Source: the human T2T-CHM13v2.0 reference genome, Homo sapiens
Length of the DNA: 64,000 nucleotides
Assembly: GCF_009914755.1 (NCBI RefSeq)
Contig: NC_060947.1
Strand: one strand, 5' to 3'
Positions within the stretch are counted from its first letter, which is position 1. Each line of letters starts with the position of its first letter. The translations under genes and the position numbers were made by a program. Shown one piece after another: positions 32,592-51,411 of the stretch. A model generated the notes under the pieces. It searched no databases and had not been told where the DNA came from. It was given only the letters and a program-made list of their open reading frames with translations.

Positions 32592-33542
32592 AAGAGTTGT
32601 GGGCATTATTTTATAAGCACTGGAGGAAATGAATGATTTTGAGCAAGGACATGGCATGGTCAGACATGGGGATTGAAAATCGCACAGTTGCAGGATCATT
32701 GAAAAGAATGTTTTGAATACCAATTTAAAAAATAGAGAAATGCAGTTATATTAATTGCATTTCTATGGTGTTCCTTGGACTGAGTTCCTGAGTTTGGGAT
32801 TTAGCCAAATACGGATGAGTTCAGGTCCTCCACTATGAATATCTTCTGATTAAAACAGTATTATTTCATATTCTTTGATTTGTTGTTTATCCTGAAGAGC
32901 AGATGTATTTCTGTTCCCTTATTTTCTTTGTAGTTTCCATGTAGATTCCCGTCTTCCCATTTTTGCACCCTCCATCTAGAGAAGATTCTTGCCCAGTCCC
33001 TCCCATCTGAATTATTTTTATTCAACCGTTTCCTCATGAGTGCCATAATCTGAGGCTTCCAATTTAAGGCAGTCATCCTGCATTCTCAGCATCTCCTATG
33101 TTCACACCAAAATACAAGAGAGATTCAGAGAGGGGATGGAATCCTTAACATAATTCAAAGTAAAGCTAACCTCCAACCTTTTGCCAGAAGATGGGAAGAG
33201 TTTCTACTAACAGTACTGAAAAAAAAATTGCTATTGGCAGCAGATTTGAAACACTTTGCTGCTTGAGAAACCCACCAGCCTGAAGTGAAATATTTATCCC
33301 GCCCTCATTTCTAGTCTTAATTTCTCCCAAGGTCTTACTCAGCAGTCAGTAAACTGAGAAATTGATTCTATATGTTCTGAAATTGCATTCTGAAGAGGCT
33401 GTGGCAATAAAATCTCACTCTGGCGGACATCCTCCTTCCTCCAATGAACGGATAATACCCATAAAATTATCTCTTTGTACATGTATTGTAAGAGTATAAT
33501 CCCTATAAAGTATCATTGTGCCCAGGTTTTCTTGTGGAATAA

Positions 33543-33948
33543 GTATCAATTATCTACTTCCACAATATTGCTGTGTAACCAACTACTGTAAAACCAGTGG
33601 CATGTAACAATACCCAATAATTTCTCATGTGTCTGTGAGGTTCAGTTGATGTACTCTGGGTTTACCTGAGCTTGCTCACATACCTGATGACGGGCTCTGC
33701 TCCTCGTCTCTTATTCTTTTTCTGAGACAAGCGTGTTAGCTTGGGCATGTTTTCAAGTTAACAGCAGAGGACAACAGCAAGCAAGAGGATGCACACAACG
33801 AGTCATGGAAAACTAGGCTTGGAATGGACACGTTGAAACTCTATTGCATTCTATTGGCCAAAGCAAGTCATAAGAGGAAAAGCAAAATCATGTAAGGGTA
33901 GATTCAGGAAGGGGTAAAATAATATGGCCATCATTGCTATCTACCATA
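33543..33948 (-). mobile_element. Old MLT1 LTR
   Basis: 'cattctattggccaaagcaagtcat..atctaccata'. Confidence 0.6.
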
Positions 33949-33978
33949 GGAAGGCATTGCATAAATGCATAGGAATTA

Positions 33979-34364
<386 letters not shown>

Positions 34365-34539
34365 TTATTAGTTTTGATAGCTCTTTTATGCATACTTTAA
34401 AAATTATACATTTTCCTAGTTTGCCTACAGTTTGTTGTGGAAATGGTTAAAATAGTTTTCCATTTAGTGAATAGTACATTCTCTTTCTACTAGTTTATTT
34501 TTAACAGTAGATAAATACTAATATCTTTTTATTGGCGTT

Positions 34540-34935
34540 TGTATTCGTAAGAGTAATGCTAGGCCGTGCTGACTCCACGACAATCACAAAATAAAATCTC
34601 AGTGATTTAACATAACAAAGGTTTGTTTTCTGATGAATGAAACTTCTATCTGGGTGAGCAGAGACTCTTCCGTCCAATACCTTATGGAGCCAGGCTTCCT
34701 CCATCTTGTTCATTTCCTTGTCAACTCATGGTTGTCAAGGTCACTGTGACAGAAGAAGAGAATGAAGAAGCCACATGAGGGCATAACTGCCTCAACCTTA
34801 AAATGATGTGTATGTTTTCTGCACCCGGTTCACTGCCCAGAGCTAGTCAATTTTGAGACCATCTCAATCTGATTATAAAACAGGCTATAAAATATAGGGA
34901 AACACATAGAATCTTTGTGAGCACTCCCTATGGCA
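34540..34935 (-). mobile_element. Old MLT1 LTR
   Basis: 'aaatctcagtgatttaacataacaaaggtttgttt..ccaggcttcctccatcttgt'. Confidence 0.55.
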
Positions 34936-35050
34936 CATCTTTACATCTACATATACTTGTGTAATTACCTCGTTAAATACATGATTATAAGGTTTTAATA
35001 TCTGGTAGGATATAACTTCCTCTCATTAATCTTCTTCTAAAATTATCTTA

Positions 35051-35172
35051 GGCTGGAGATGGTGGCACACACCTGTAATCCCAGCACTTTGGGAGGCTGA
35101 GGCAGGAGGATCTCTTGAGCTAAGAAGTTCCAGAAGAACCTAGGCAACATAGTGAGACCTTGTTTCTACAAA

Positions 35173-35212
<40 letters not shown>

Positions 35213-35378
35213 CACTACACATAATTAGCTGGGCATGGTGGCATGCACCTGTAGCCTCAGCTGCTCAGAGACTGAGGTGGAAGGATTTCATAAGCCCTGG
35301 AGGTGAGGCCGCAGTGAGCTGAGATCACACCACTGCACGCCAGCGTGAGCAACAGAGGGAGACCTTGTTTAAAAAAAA
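35051..35378 (+). mobile_element. AluJ with (AAT)n expansion of the middle A-rich linker
   Basis: Dimer; (aat)n at ~35173-35210. Confidence 0.88.
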
Positions 35379-35415
35379 TGATATTGGACATTATTTGATT
35401 TGAAAATGTATTCTG

Positions 35416-35716
<301 letters not shown>

Positions 35717-36019
35717 ACAGGAAATGTGTTTTGAAGGTATTAACAACTAGTATTTGTTTTTTTTTGTTTTTGTGTGTGTGTGTTTGTGTCTTCCTCTAAT
35801 TATTATTATTATTTTCTTATACTTTAAGTTCTAGGGTACATGTGCACAACGTGCAAGTGTGTTACACATGTATACATGAGCCACGTTGGTGTGCTGTACC
35901 CATTAACTCGTCATTTACATTAGGTATATCTGCTAATGCTATCCCTTCCCCCTCTCCCCACCCCCTGACAGGCCCCAGTGTGTGATGTTCCCCATCCTGT
36001 GTCCAAGTGTTCTCATTGT

Positions 36020-39836
<3,817 letters not shown>

Positions 39837-39899
39837 TATGATGCTAGCTGGTTATTTTGCTCGTTAGTTGATGCAGTTTCTTCCTAGTCTCGAAGGTCT

Positions 39900-40780
39900 T
39901 TACAGCTTGGCATATTTTTGCAGTGGCTGGTACCGGTCGTTCCTTTCCATGTTCAGTGTTTGCTTCAGGAGCTCTTGTAAGGGAGGCCTGGTGGTGACAA
40001 AATCTCTTAGCATTTCCTTGTCTGTAAAGGATTTTGTTTCTCCTTTACTTACGAAGCTTAGTTTGGCTGGAGATGAAATACTGGGTTGAAAATTTTTTCT
40101 TTAAGAATGTTGAATATCGGTCCCCACTCTCTTCTGGCTTTTGTAGAGTTTCTGCCGAGAGATCCGCTGTTAGTCTGATGGGCTTCCCTTTGTGGGTAAG
40201 CAGACCTTTCTCTCTGGCTGCCCTTAATATTTTTTCCTTCATTTCAACTTTGGTGAATCTGACAATTATGTGTCTTGGAGTTGCTCTTCTCGAGGAGTAT
40301 CTTTGTGGCGTTCTCTGTATTTCCTGAATTTGAATGTTGGCCTGCCTTGCTAGGTTGGGGAGGTTCTCCCGGATAATATCCTGCAGAGTGTTTTCCAACT
40401 TGGTTCCATCCTCCCCGTCACTTTCAGGTACACCAATCAGACGTAGATTTGGTCTTTTCACATAGTCCCATATTTCTTGGAGGCTTTGTTCGTTTCTTTT
40501 TACTCTTTCTTCTCTAAAGTTGTCTTCTCGCTTCCTTTCATGCATTTGATCTTTAATCGCTGACACCATTTCTTCCACTTGATCGAATCAGCTACTGAAG
40601 CTTGTGCATGCACATTCTCCGTCCAGCCGTGTTCTGTTGCTGGCGAAGAGCTGCATTCCTTTGGAGGAGAAGAGGCTCCCTCTGAGTTTTAGAATTTTCA
40701 GCTTTTCTGCTCTGGTTTCTCCCCATCTTTGTGGTTTTATCTACCTTTGGTCTTTGATGATAGTGACGTACAGATGGGGT
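39900..40780 (-). pseudogene. Disrupted L1 ORF1 with internal deletion
   Basis: 'NEQSLQEIWDYVKRPNLRLIGVPE..RATPRHIIVRFTK'; frameshifted 3' end; coiled-coil segment missing near 40610. Confidence 0.9.
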
Positions 40781-42239
40781 TTTGGTGTGGATGTCCTTTG
40801 TGTTTGTTAGTTTTCCTTCTAACAGTCAGGACCCGGACCTGCAGGTCTGTTGGAGTTTCCTGGAGGTCCACTCCAGACCCCGTTTGCCTGGGTATCACCA
40901 GCCGAGGCCGCAGAACACCAAATATTGCAGAACGGCAAATGTTGCCGCCTGATCCTTCCTCTGGAAGTTTTGTCTTAGAGGGGCACCCAGCCGTATGAGG
41001 TGTCAGTTGGCCCCTACTGGGAGGTGCCTCCCAGTTAGTCTACTCGGGGGTCGGGGACCCACTTGAGGAGGCAGTCTGTCCATTCTCAGATCTCAAATTC
41101 CATGCTGGGGGCACCACTGCTCTCTTCAAAGCTGTCAGACAGGGACTTTTAAGTCTGTAGAAATTTGCGCTGCCTTTTGTTCTGCTATGCCCTGCCCCCA
41201 GAGGTGGAGTCTACAGAGGCAGGTAGGCCTCCTTGAGCTGCGGTGGGCTCCACCCAGTTCGAGCTTCCCAGCTGCTTTGTTTACCTACTCAAGCCTCATT
41301 AATGGTGGACGCCCTTCCCCTAGCCTCGCTGCTGCCTTGCAGTTCGATCTCAGATTACTGTGCTATGAGTGAGTGAGGCTCCGTGGGCGTGGGACCCTCC
41401 AAGCCAGGCGTGGGATATAATCTCCTGGTGTGCTGTTTGCTATGACTGTTGGAAAAGCGTAGTATTAGGGTGAGCGTGTCCCGGTTTTCCAGGTACCGTC
41501 TGTCATGGCATCCCTTGGATAGGAAAGGGAATTCCCCGACCCCTTGCGCTTCCCGGGTGAGGCGATGCCCTGCCCTGCTTGGGCTCACGCTCCATGGGCT
41601 GCACCCACAGTCTGACACGCCCCAGTGAGATGAACCCGATATCTCCGTTGGAAATGCAGAAATCACCCGTCTTCTGAGTCACTCGTGCTGGGAGCTGTAG
41701 ACTGGAGCTGTTCCTATTTGGCCATCTTGGAACCTTCACACCTAGCATTTTCGACAAATTTTTTACAATTGATTAATTTTCTTTTAAAATTTTAATGTAT
41801 TTTTATGACATCCTAAAATTTATAATTTTGTGTAGCCAGATATATTAATATTTTTCTTTAAGGTTTTTGACCTTGGTTGGTGTTGTATTTAAAAGAGTTT
41901 CCAAACTGAAGATTGTATGAATATTTACCAGTATTTCCTTTTCCCACTTTTATAGTTTTATTTTCAGAAATTATTTAACCTATTTTTATTTCTTTTGGTG
42001 CATGATGTGACATTCTTTTCTTTTCAAATGGTATTCTATTTCACCCAGTACCTTGAATAATTCATGTCCCGATGTCAATTGAGGATCCTATAGAGTTTAC
42101 TTTTAAATATAGTTTCAGCTGTTGATTTGGGATTGTCATTGTCATTGAGGAAGTATGTATCCTAGTCTTAATTTACTATGTTCTTTCAGTTAAAACTCAA
42201 TGCAGTGATGACAGCAGTAAATATCATTATATAATTTTC

Positions 42240-43262
42240 CAGTTATCATTGCATTATATATCGCTGTGTAAACAATTACTCTAATATTTAGGCTTAAAAG
42301 AAAAACCTGAATTACCTTAACAGTTTCTGTAGGTCAACAATCTGCATGTGGCTTATGTGGTTCCTCTGACTCAGGGATTTTGACAGGATCCAGTCAAGGT
42401 TGCAGTCATTTTATGGATGAGCTGGGGGAGGAAATAATTCTGTGCTTGTTGGGAAGTGGGTTTTTCCATTGTTCAGCATACATCAAGGCAGCTGGTTTCA
42501 TCAGTACATGCAGGTGAGAGGGCAAAATAGAGTGTCAGTAAGAATACCAGTAACATAACAGGCAAAGTCTTTTGTCATGTCATTTGCAACTGATACGCCG
42601 TCACTCATGCCTTATTCTACTTATTAGAAGGAAATCCATGGGTTCAGCTCACACAGAAAGAGACTTGTAATTAGTCAGGGTTCTCCAGAGAAACAGAACC
42701 AGTAGGATGGATGGACAGACAGAGATTGAGAGAGAGAAAGAGAAAGAGAGAGAGAGAGAGAGAGGGAGGGAGAGGGAGAGAGAGAGGGAGACGGAGAATG
42801 GGAACTTACTCATGCATTTGTGAAGGCTAAGTTTCACCATCTGATGTCCGAAAGTTGGAGAACCAGGAAAGCCAGTGGTGTAATTTAGTCTGAGTCTAAA
42901 GGCCCAAGAACAAGGAGCTCCAATTTCTAAGGGTAGGAGAAGTTGGATGTTTCAGCTCAAGCAGAAAGAATTCTCCATTCCTCTGCCTTTTGATTCTGTT
43001 TTATCTCTCAACATATTAAATGATGTCTACCCACATTGGTGAGTGAAGATCTTCTTTACTCAGTCTACTGATTGAAATACTAATCACTTCAGGAAACACC
43101 CTCACAGACATACTCAGAAATAAAGTTTTACCAGCTTTCTGGGCATCCCTTAACCGAGTCAAGTTGACCTTTAAATTAACTATCGCAGAAGGGGATTACG
43201 CAAGGGCATAAATACTAAGAGATAGGGACCACTGGAGGACATTTAAAAAACTACCTACTACA
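42240..43262 (-). mobile_element. MLT1F/G-type LTR split by MLT2
   Basis: MLT1 motifs at 42250-42660 and 43188-43262. Confidence 0.6.
42666..43187 (-). mobile_element. MLT2B-type LTR containing (GA)n
   Basis: 'ttagtcagggttctccagagaaacagaacc' to 'gtcaagttgac..aaattaactatcgca'. Confidence 0.85.
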
Positions 43263-44004
43263 GTCACGTGAATATGGTTGATTCTATTTTTAATTTTCAA
43301 ATATAGGATGATTATTTTAATTTCCTCATCAAACATTACATGGCCCTAGTGTATTATTTATTTTAAAACTCTGCATAATTCAATTTCTAATATTTTATTT
43401 AACATTGTTATGGTAATATTTATAAGTGAGAGTATTTTTTCTTTAAATTTGAAAAGTAACAAATCTGTTAACTGTGTTAAGTAAAATGGCAAAACAAGGA
43501 CTTTTGAAATCATTTCCTCATAAAAGCGGTAAGAACACTGGCAAAAATAGTCAGAATAAATAAACCTCTTCAGAAGTCTGGAAATGATCCAAAGTCAGAC
43601 TTTGAGAAACATCTGATCATTTATCTTTGTGTAATAAGTGCTTCTTCCTTGCCCCTCGGCAGAGTAAAGTCAAATATCAACCAAGAGCACCAGGGCAATC
43701 GGAGGCAGCGCTTAGATTAAGGGGAATCTTCTGGCTCCTACCATGTGCCTTGCCCACCTCATCTCATTAACTTTGTGAGAAAACAGGAAGGCTAGGGAGA
43801 CATCCTCTAAAGTCATGGAGTCAAAGCGTTGTTATAGGGCCAAAAGTCATACATATTTTGTAAAATGTCTTACCTATGAACATCCAATTGAAGCTAACCA
43901 TAAGAAAAAAAAATTACCTCTAAAAAGGTTAAGGACTTTACAAAGAACTCTGTATAATTAAAACAGTAGAAAATCATAGGAAAAAAATGAAAATGAAGTA
44001 TTCA

Positions 44005-44200
44005 CACCGACCTGGGTTTGAAACTTAGCTTTACCTTTTACTAGCTGTGTAAGCTTAGGCAAGCTACCTGACTTCTCTAAGCCTCCATCTCCTCATGTGT
44101 GAATCAGGAATAATGAAAGTACTTAACCTCATAGAACCCTCTTTAGGATGAAATATAATAGTACTTAAAAAGCTATGGATAGCTTGGTAAATGCTTGAAA
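44005..44200 (+). mobile_element. MIR
   Basis: Core 'gacctgggtttgaa..ttactagctgtgt..ttaggcaag..tctctaagcctc'. Confidence 0.75.
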
Positions 44201-44658
44201 ATGAAAGCCTATTTGTATTGCTGACTTGGTATTTTAAGATGCCTGAGCCAAGAATGGATTTTACTAATTTCTTCTCTACTTGTTGCCTCCCTTCATTTTA
44301 AAACATATTTTCACTCCCAATATATAACAAACAGTACATAATAAGGATTTAATAAATTAGAAAGGAAATCGGATTGCAAAAAGTTAACCGAAAAGGAAAT
44401 CTAATATTGTTCTAGTCAAATATTCTTCTTTCCATTTTTTTCTAAAGTCCTGATTTTTTAATTACTAGAATAAGTAAAAACCATAATGAGTGAAAAGAGA
44501 AGTCATAAAGAGTAGCATTTCGAATACAGTAAACACTGTATTATGATTGTTGTTCATGATTCAAAACCAGTTTCACATTAAATACCTTTGCCTTTGCTCT
44601 TCCTTTTCTAGGTAGAAAAAAAAATGTTTCCCAATAATAACAGGTTTTAGTTACCCTT

Positions 44659-45039
44659 TGATATGGTTTTGCTGAGTTCCCACCGAAATCTCATCTTGAA
44701 TTGTAGTAGTTGCCATAATCCCCATGTGTTGTCGGAGAGACCCGGTGGGAGGTAATTTAATCATAGTGCCAGTTACCCCCATGCTGCTGTTCTCCTGATA
44801 GTGAGCGAGTTCTCATGATATTTGATGGTTTTATAAGAGGCGTTTCCCCCTTTTGTTGGGCACTTCTCCTTCCTGCCATCATGTGAAGAAGGAAATGTTC
44901 GCTTCCCCTTCTGCCGTGATTGTCAGGTTCCTGAGACCTCCCCAGCCACGTAGAACTGTGAGTCAATGAAACCTATTTTCTTTATAAATTACCCAGTCTC
45001 AGACAGTCCTTTATAGCAGCATGAGAATGGACTAATACA
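44659..45039 (+). mobile_element. THE1 solo LTR (THE1D-like)
   Basis: TG...CA, 381 bp, perfect 5-bp TSD ccctt. Confidence 0.92.
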
Positions 45040-45949
45040 CCCTTCCGGTAAGCCTACCTTCTCCCCTCCTTAGGTAGCACAGACAAGAAATTACCAAGAG
45101 GGAAGAAAAGGCTATAACTCTTTTCTGGTTCTTGATATCCTGTTCTCATCCCAAAGTGCGAAGCTGTTGACTAGTAAGAAACTCTATGATTGTATTTCTT
45201 CAATCAAACATTTTAAGGATTTTTACTTCTGTTTTTGTTCATTTTTAAAATGTAACCACATACCACCTGCTGCCTAAAACTATCTCTAGCCCATTGGTTA
45301 CATCAGTACCCTGCCTTAAATAGCATATTAGAAAATGAAATGTATGTAGCAAGCGGCTTTGACTCACCTGATTATAATCTTGTCATCAAAAAAGTTATTT
45401 AAAATTACACTTATACAATCACAGCTTGCATATAAACTTTAAAAATGCATTTGTGAGAGAAATAAATAAGATATTTTGCAGATATGTAAAGTGGATCTAC
45501 CTGATTCTATAAACTAGGATTCTGATAAGCGTTAAGAAATTCCACTTGGGAAAATTAAAGTACATTTCTCAGAAGTAGCCAAAGTCATTGCTTTTTTTCT
45601 TTTCATTTCATAGCTACAGCAACAGAAGCCATAACCATTTTAATACATAGTGCCTAGCATATAGTAGCATCTCAATAATTTTGTTGAGCATATGGACATA
45701 AGAATTAATAAAATAATGCAACATTATGTATAGGGATAACAAGATACCACATGCGCAGACATATATATTGGAAGAAATGTTCATTAAAAATGCGTTGATT
45801 ATATACATATGAGTGAATATAACCTCTAAAATATTAACCAGATATTAAATAAAGTAAAGTAGAATTTCATCTATAGTATATCTTTGATATGTTTACAAAG
45901 GGGTGAGGTGGGGATTGAAAATAGCAAAGAAATATATATGGTATGATTA

Positions 45950-46158
45950 AATTTTTAAATTAATTTTTGTAATTGATAAATAATACCTGTACATATTTAT
46001 GCAGTACATAGTGATGCTTTGATATGTACAATGTGTAGTGATCAGATTCGGGTAATTAGCATATCCATCATCTCCAACATTTATCATTTATTTATGTTAG
46101 GAACGTTCAATGACCTCTTTTGAGTTGTTCGAAGCTATGTAATACGTTATTGTTTACT
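45950..46158 (-). mobile_element. L1MA 3' terminal fragment
   Basis: 'gtacatatttatg..gtacatagtgatg..gggtaattagcatatccatcatctc'. Confidence 0.75.
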
Positions 46159-46610
46159 AACTTCCACTTCTGTCCATGTTCTCTCCCAACGTGAACAACC
46201 AGAAAATGAGAACAAATATTTGAAACAGATGTTTTCATTAATCAGGATAATGGGCAGTATAGCACTGTGTTCACTAAGAGAAACAAAGAGGTGAGCTCTA
46301 CAATCACTCCAGCTTCCTATCAGGAAGGAATTTTAGAACGATGACACAGAAAGAATTCAAGTAAGAGAGACTTTTGTTTCACGAAATTGAAAAGATAGAA
46401 ATCAGAATTTAGGTATTTGAAATGAATTGGAATTTTATAGCAGAATAATAGAGAGAGGAGGGAGCTATGCAGAAAAAAAGCTCCAGAAATCTTTCTGTGG
46501 GCCCTTTGAATCCTTCACTACTAATCAACACATTTGCAGGGTGAGTCCCGTGAGGCAAGAGAAAGAACGAGTGCCTGGGAATCATCAACTGAAAATTTTT
46601 CAGAGCTCAC

Positions 46611-47312
46611 TGTCACTGCCCTACAAGAACACAGTTGTTGTTTAAGAATTTGGGTTTATTACTCACTCGTTGCGGTGAAGGAGAATAAACACCATCTCGT
46701 TTGTTTTCCTTCTTTTAGTGATCATAATCCCGCACTGCCCTTTGTCTAGATTAGAAAATAAGTTGTTTCCAATATGTTTTCTGGTTGTTTATATTGGCAG
46801 GAAAAGTTGTGTAAGTACCTGACAACTCAGATATAGAGTCTTAGAAAGAACTTCTTATAGGATTTGGGCTTTGGCTGGGTAATTTGGTAAAGGGTCTGAG
46901 GAAGAGGGAGTTTTGTCTAGATTAACTGCTGTCAGGAAACGGGAGCAATTCTACAACTGGGTATCTGAGTAGAATTTGTATAAAAGGAGGGCAGGCTAGA
47001 ACAAATATAAAGCTGTAATTGGGAAAACAAGTAGCAGTCACTCAAATTAGCAGGTAAGTGGGATATTTTGCAGTTTTTGCATTGCACAGCGATCTTATTT
47101 GTGTCTGTCCTCAGACAAAATTATGAGATGACCTTATTTTATCTTACTTTATCATGGTCTGAAATTGGTGTTCTGTGAAATTGTCCGTCTTCACCAAGAG
47201 AATAATATGGCTTAGCTGTGAGTGGCAGCCCAGCTTCTAATAGCACTGAGGCCTAGCTATGAGTGTCTGACCAGTTGCTGGCTGTCAAAGACTGCTTTTC
47301 AAAATTTCCTAC
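46611..47312 (-). mobile_element. MER76-like LTR inserted in an old L1 5' region
   Basis: 'ggcctagctatgagtgtc..ccagtt..ctgcttttc' and 'gggtttattactc..gttgc'; name from memory. Confidence 0.55.
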
Positions 47313-47640
47313 CACATAGGACTGAAACATCTTTAATACCCCACCAGTGAAATAGAGAAACGCCACTTAATGCTCTAAGCACTCAGTAGGCACCAGAAGG
47401 CTAAAGTATCCCAAGAGTAAAGGCTATTCTAGGTATAGCCTAGTGACACTTAATAAACGAACTTTAAAATTAGTATCCAAAAAGATTAAGCTGATCTTCA
47501 GTTTATTGCCTAGCAACAACAGCAACGAAACAAAACAAACAAACAAACAAACAAACAAAAAAACAAGCAGCGCAACAGCAAATTGTGACCCATAACCTGG
47601 AGGAAATCAGAGATAATTAGATTGGCTGGCAAAGCTTTAA

Positions 47641-47954
<314 letters not shown>

Positions 47955-48129
47955 TAAAATAGTTATTAAAATACTGTAATGAGAGTAATGGAAGACAAAA
48001 CATGGAATTTTTGAGCTGAAACATATGCCATCTGATACTGAAAGCGAAGTGTGTGTAATTACTATCACAGTAGACACTGCAAAATAAAAGATATGGGAAT
48101 TACTTAAACTGAAGCAAAGATAGAAAATT

Positions 48130-49670
48130 CAGACTGTGACAATAGAATATGACTGATTTACAAATCTATTAAATCATCTTACCGGGGAGGTTAGGAGAAA
48201 AGGTGGAAATGAGCTTAGGAGATTAAATGTAAAAGGAGCTCACATAAACACTGCATTCTGTAGTATAACATTGCTTCCCATGGGAACATGGGTTAACAAT
48301 TCTGAAACCAGTATACATTGACACTGCAGCTAACCAAGTGAGCAAATAAATGATGGACTGTGGGAGCCTAGTTTCTCACAGTTAGAATGAAAGGTTGTAG
48401 ACAAATGAGGCAGAAAACTAGAATGATGCATGTAGTAATGGATTAGAGCTGAAGACATCAATATAAAGTCATGTTTAACGTAGCATACATACAGAAATAT
48501 TTATAGATAGGCTGATATACACAGCCTAGTACACATACCTATGTTTTCTTGCTTTGTCAACTGCGAGAGCCTAAAAACAATGGCAACCCATTGACAACCA
48601 ACAAAGCTAGGACCCAGGTCTAGGTTTCTAATATGATTATCTAATTAAAGAGAAAAACAAAATAGGAATGCCTGAAGAAATGGCTGTTTCTAGAACTAGG
48701 GCAGGCAGTACATAAGATGAGCCTGAAGCTTCTTACGGTACCAGAAAGTAAAGAAATTTTTAAAAACAGAAAAATGAGAGCATATCAAAAGGACACAGGA
48801 GCCAACTGAAAGAGCACACAATGGCCAAAGTTGAAATAATTTGAGGAAGAAAATTAATGAGGCAATATTAAATTTTACTCCAAAGCATACAATAAGTATC
48901 TGGGATTTTATAGTGATATAAATTAATTATTGGAAAAAAAACAAATAATGGAGAATAGAGAAATCCATATAGAAGAATTTCAGATATTTTATGTTGATAC
49001 TCCCTAATCCAACAAGTGGTGTTTAATCCCCCTCTCTTTTTAGTATTGGCTTCACTTAATGATTTGCTTTGAAAAAGCAATGTATGGAAAACAAGGAGTA
49101 CCTTTACAGTGGAGAAACCTGTCATACGCTGGTTTGACGACGTGATTAAGCCTAATATCCTCAGCAGTTTGTCATGCGATATCATGTAACCCTGATATAA
49201 TATGACAAGGAAAATAGTTTGCCTCTGTGAGATTTTCTGCCCCAAATCTCATAATGTTAGTCTAATAATACGAGTATCACCAGACATATCCCAACTGAAG
49301 GATGCTCTATAAAACACCTCACTAGTACCTCTCAAAGCTCTGTCAGGGTCATAAAAAGTAAGGACAATCTGAAAAGCTGTCACAGCCAAGAGGAGCCTAA
49401 GGAGACTTGAGGAGTAGATGTAATATGGTATCTTGCACAGGATCAGAAAGCAGCAACAGGTAAAACCTAAGGCATACTGAGTAATACAAGGACTTTAGTT
49501 AATAATATTGTATGAATATTGGCTATTAGTATTGGGAAATGCACTATACTAGTGTAAGATGTTAATAATAAAAAAACGAGGTATGAGATTTTCTTATGTG
49601 GGAAGTTACTATACTATATTCATGTCTTTGCAGTAAATCTGAAACTATTCTGAAATGTTTATTAAATATT
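48130..49670 (+). mobile_element. L1MC-type 3'UTR
   Basis: Terminal 'ggactttagttaataatattgtat..gtaaatctgaaactattct'. Confidence 0.7.
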
Positions 49671-49671
49671 A

Positions 49672-49974
<303 letters not shown>

Positions 49975-50079
49975 TTAACAAAAGCACTAGTGACCAGTAG
50001 AATAATACTACATGATTCTGTATATGTATATTAAAAGATCAAGAATGAAAAGAGAGACAAGATTAGAAAAATTATTGGA

Positions 50080-50416
<337 letters not shown>

Positions 50417-51259
50417 CTAAATTCATAGAACCAAGGAGTTCAATAAAACACAGGAGAGTAAACACAAAGAAAACCAAACCAAATGTATCATAGTAAAATT
50501 TATAAAACAGGAGATGGCAAATGAAGTTAAAAACAGAACAAAGAAAGATGTGTTACATGTAGAGGAATAAAAAGAATTATTACAGACTTCTTGTCAGAAA
50601 TTATAAAGCCAGAAAACTCTTTAACGAAACTTGTAAAGCATTAAACAAATCCAGCTATCAATGTAGATTTCTGTATCAAATAAAAAAATTTTGGAGTTAA
50701 GATATAGACATTTTCAGAAACACAAATCAAAAGCAGAGATAATTTTATACCAGCAGTCCTGAAACATCAGAAATGTTAAAGGAAGTTTTTCAGATTGAAG
50801 GAAAATGATGGGTACTATACAAGTTTTGGAGCTACACAAATTGAAGGGGCTTGAGATCATGATTATGTCGTGTAAGTTTAGAAGAATTTTTTTTCAATGA
50901 TCAGGAGAAAAATATAGAAGACACAAATTATAAATATAAGGAGTGCAAAGGAGAATGTGACTATATATCCTGTAGTCATTAAAATATTTAAACACATTCC
51001 AAACAAGATTATGACAATACATTTGTAACGTAGATTGAAGGGACAACTGCTTTGATAGACACAACTTTGCAAACAACTACAATCCCAAACATGAACTCTG
51101 AGGATCCATATTCACATGAAAGTAATTGAGTTCAAAATGAATCCCGTTGCCACAAAGAAAACTCCAAGACAAGGTAACTATACTGGTGATCTTATCAAAT
51201 GTTAAAATAGAAGTCATGCAAAAATCATATGTGAATTATTTCAGAAACGAAAGGTCAGG

Positions 51260-51411
51260 GAACCAGGGGTGGTGACATATGCCTATAGTCCTAGCAACTT
51301 GGGGGCTGAGGCAGGAGGATTGCTTGAGCCCAGGAGTTCAAGAGCAACCTTGGAGATATACTGAGATGCTGTCTCTTACAACCAAAAAAGAACTAAGAAA
51401 AAAGAAAAAAA
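51260..51411 (+). mobile_element. Alu monomer (FLAM-like)
   Basis: Single arm 'ggctgaggcaggaggattgcttgagcccaggagttcaag' plus A tail. Confidence 0.8.

Noticed and set aside
44937-44949. PRDM9 hotspot motif in THE1
   Set aside because: The sequence is CCTCCCCAGCCAC and lacks the T of CCNCCNTNNCCNC; the species is also unknown.
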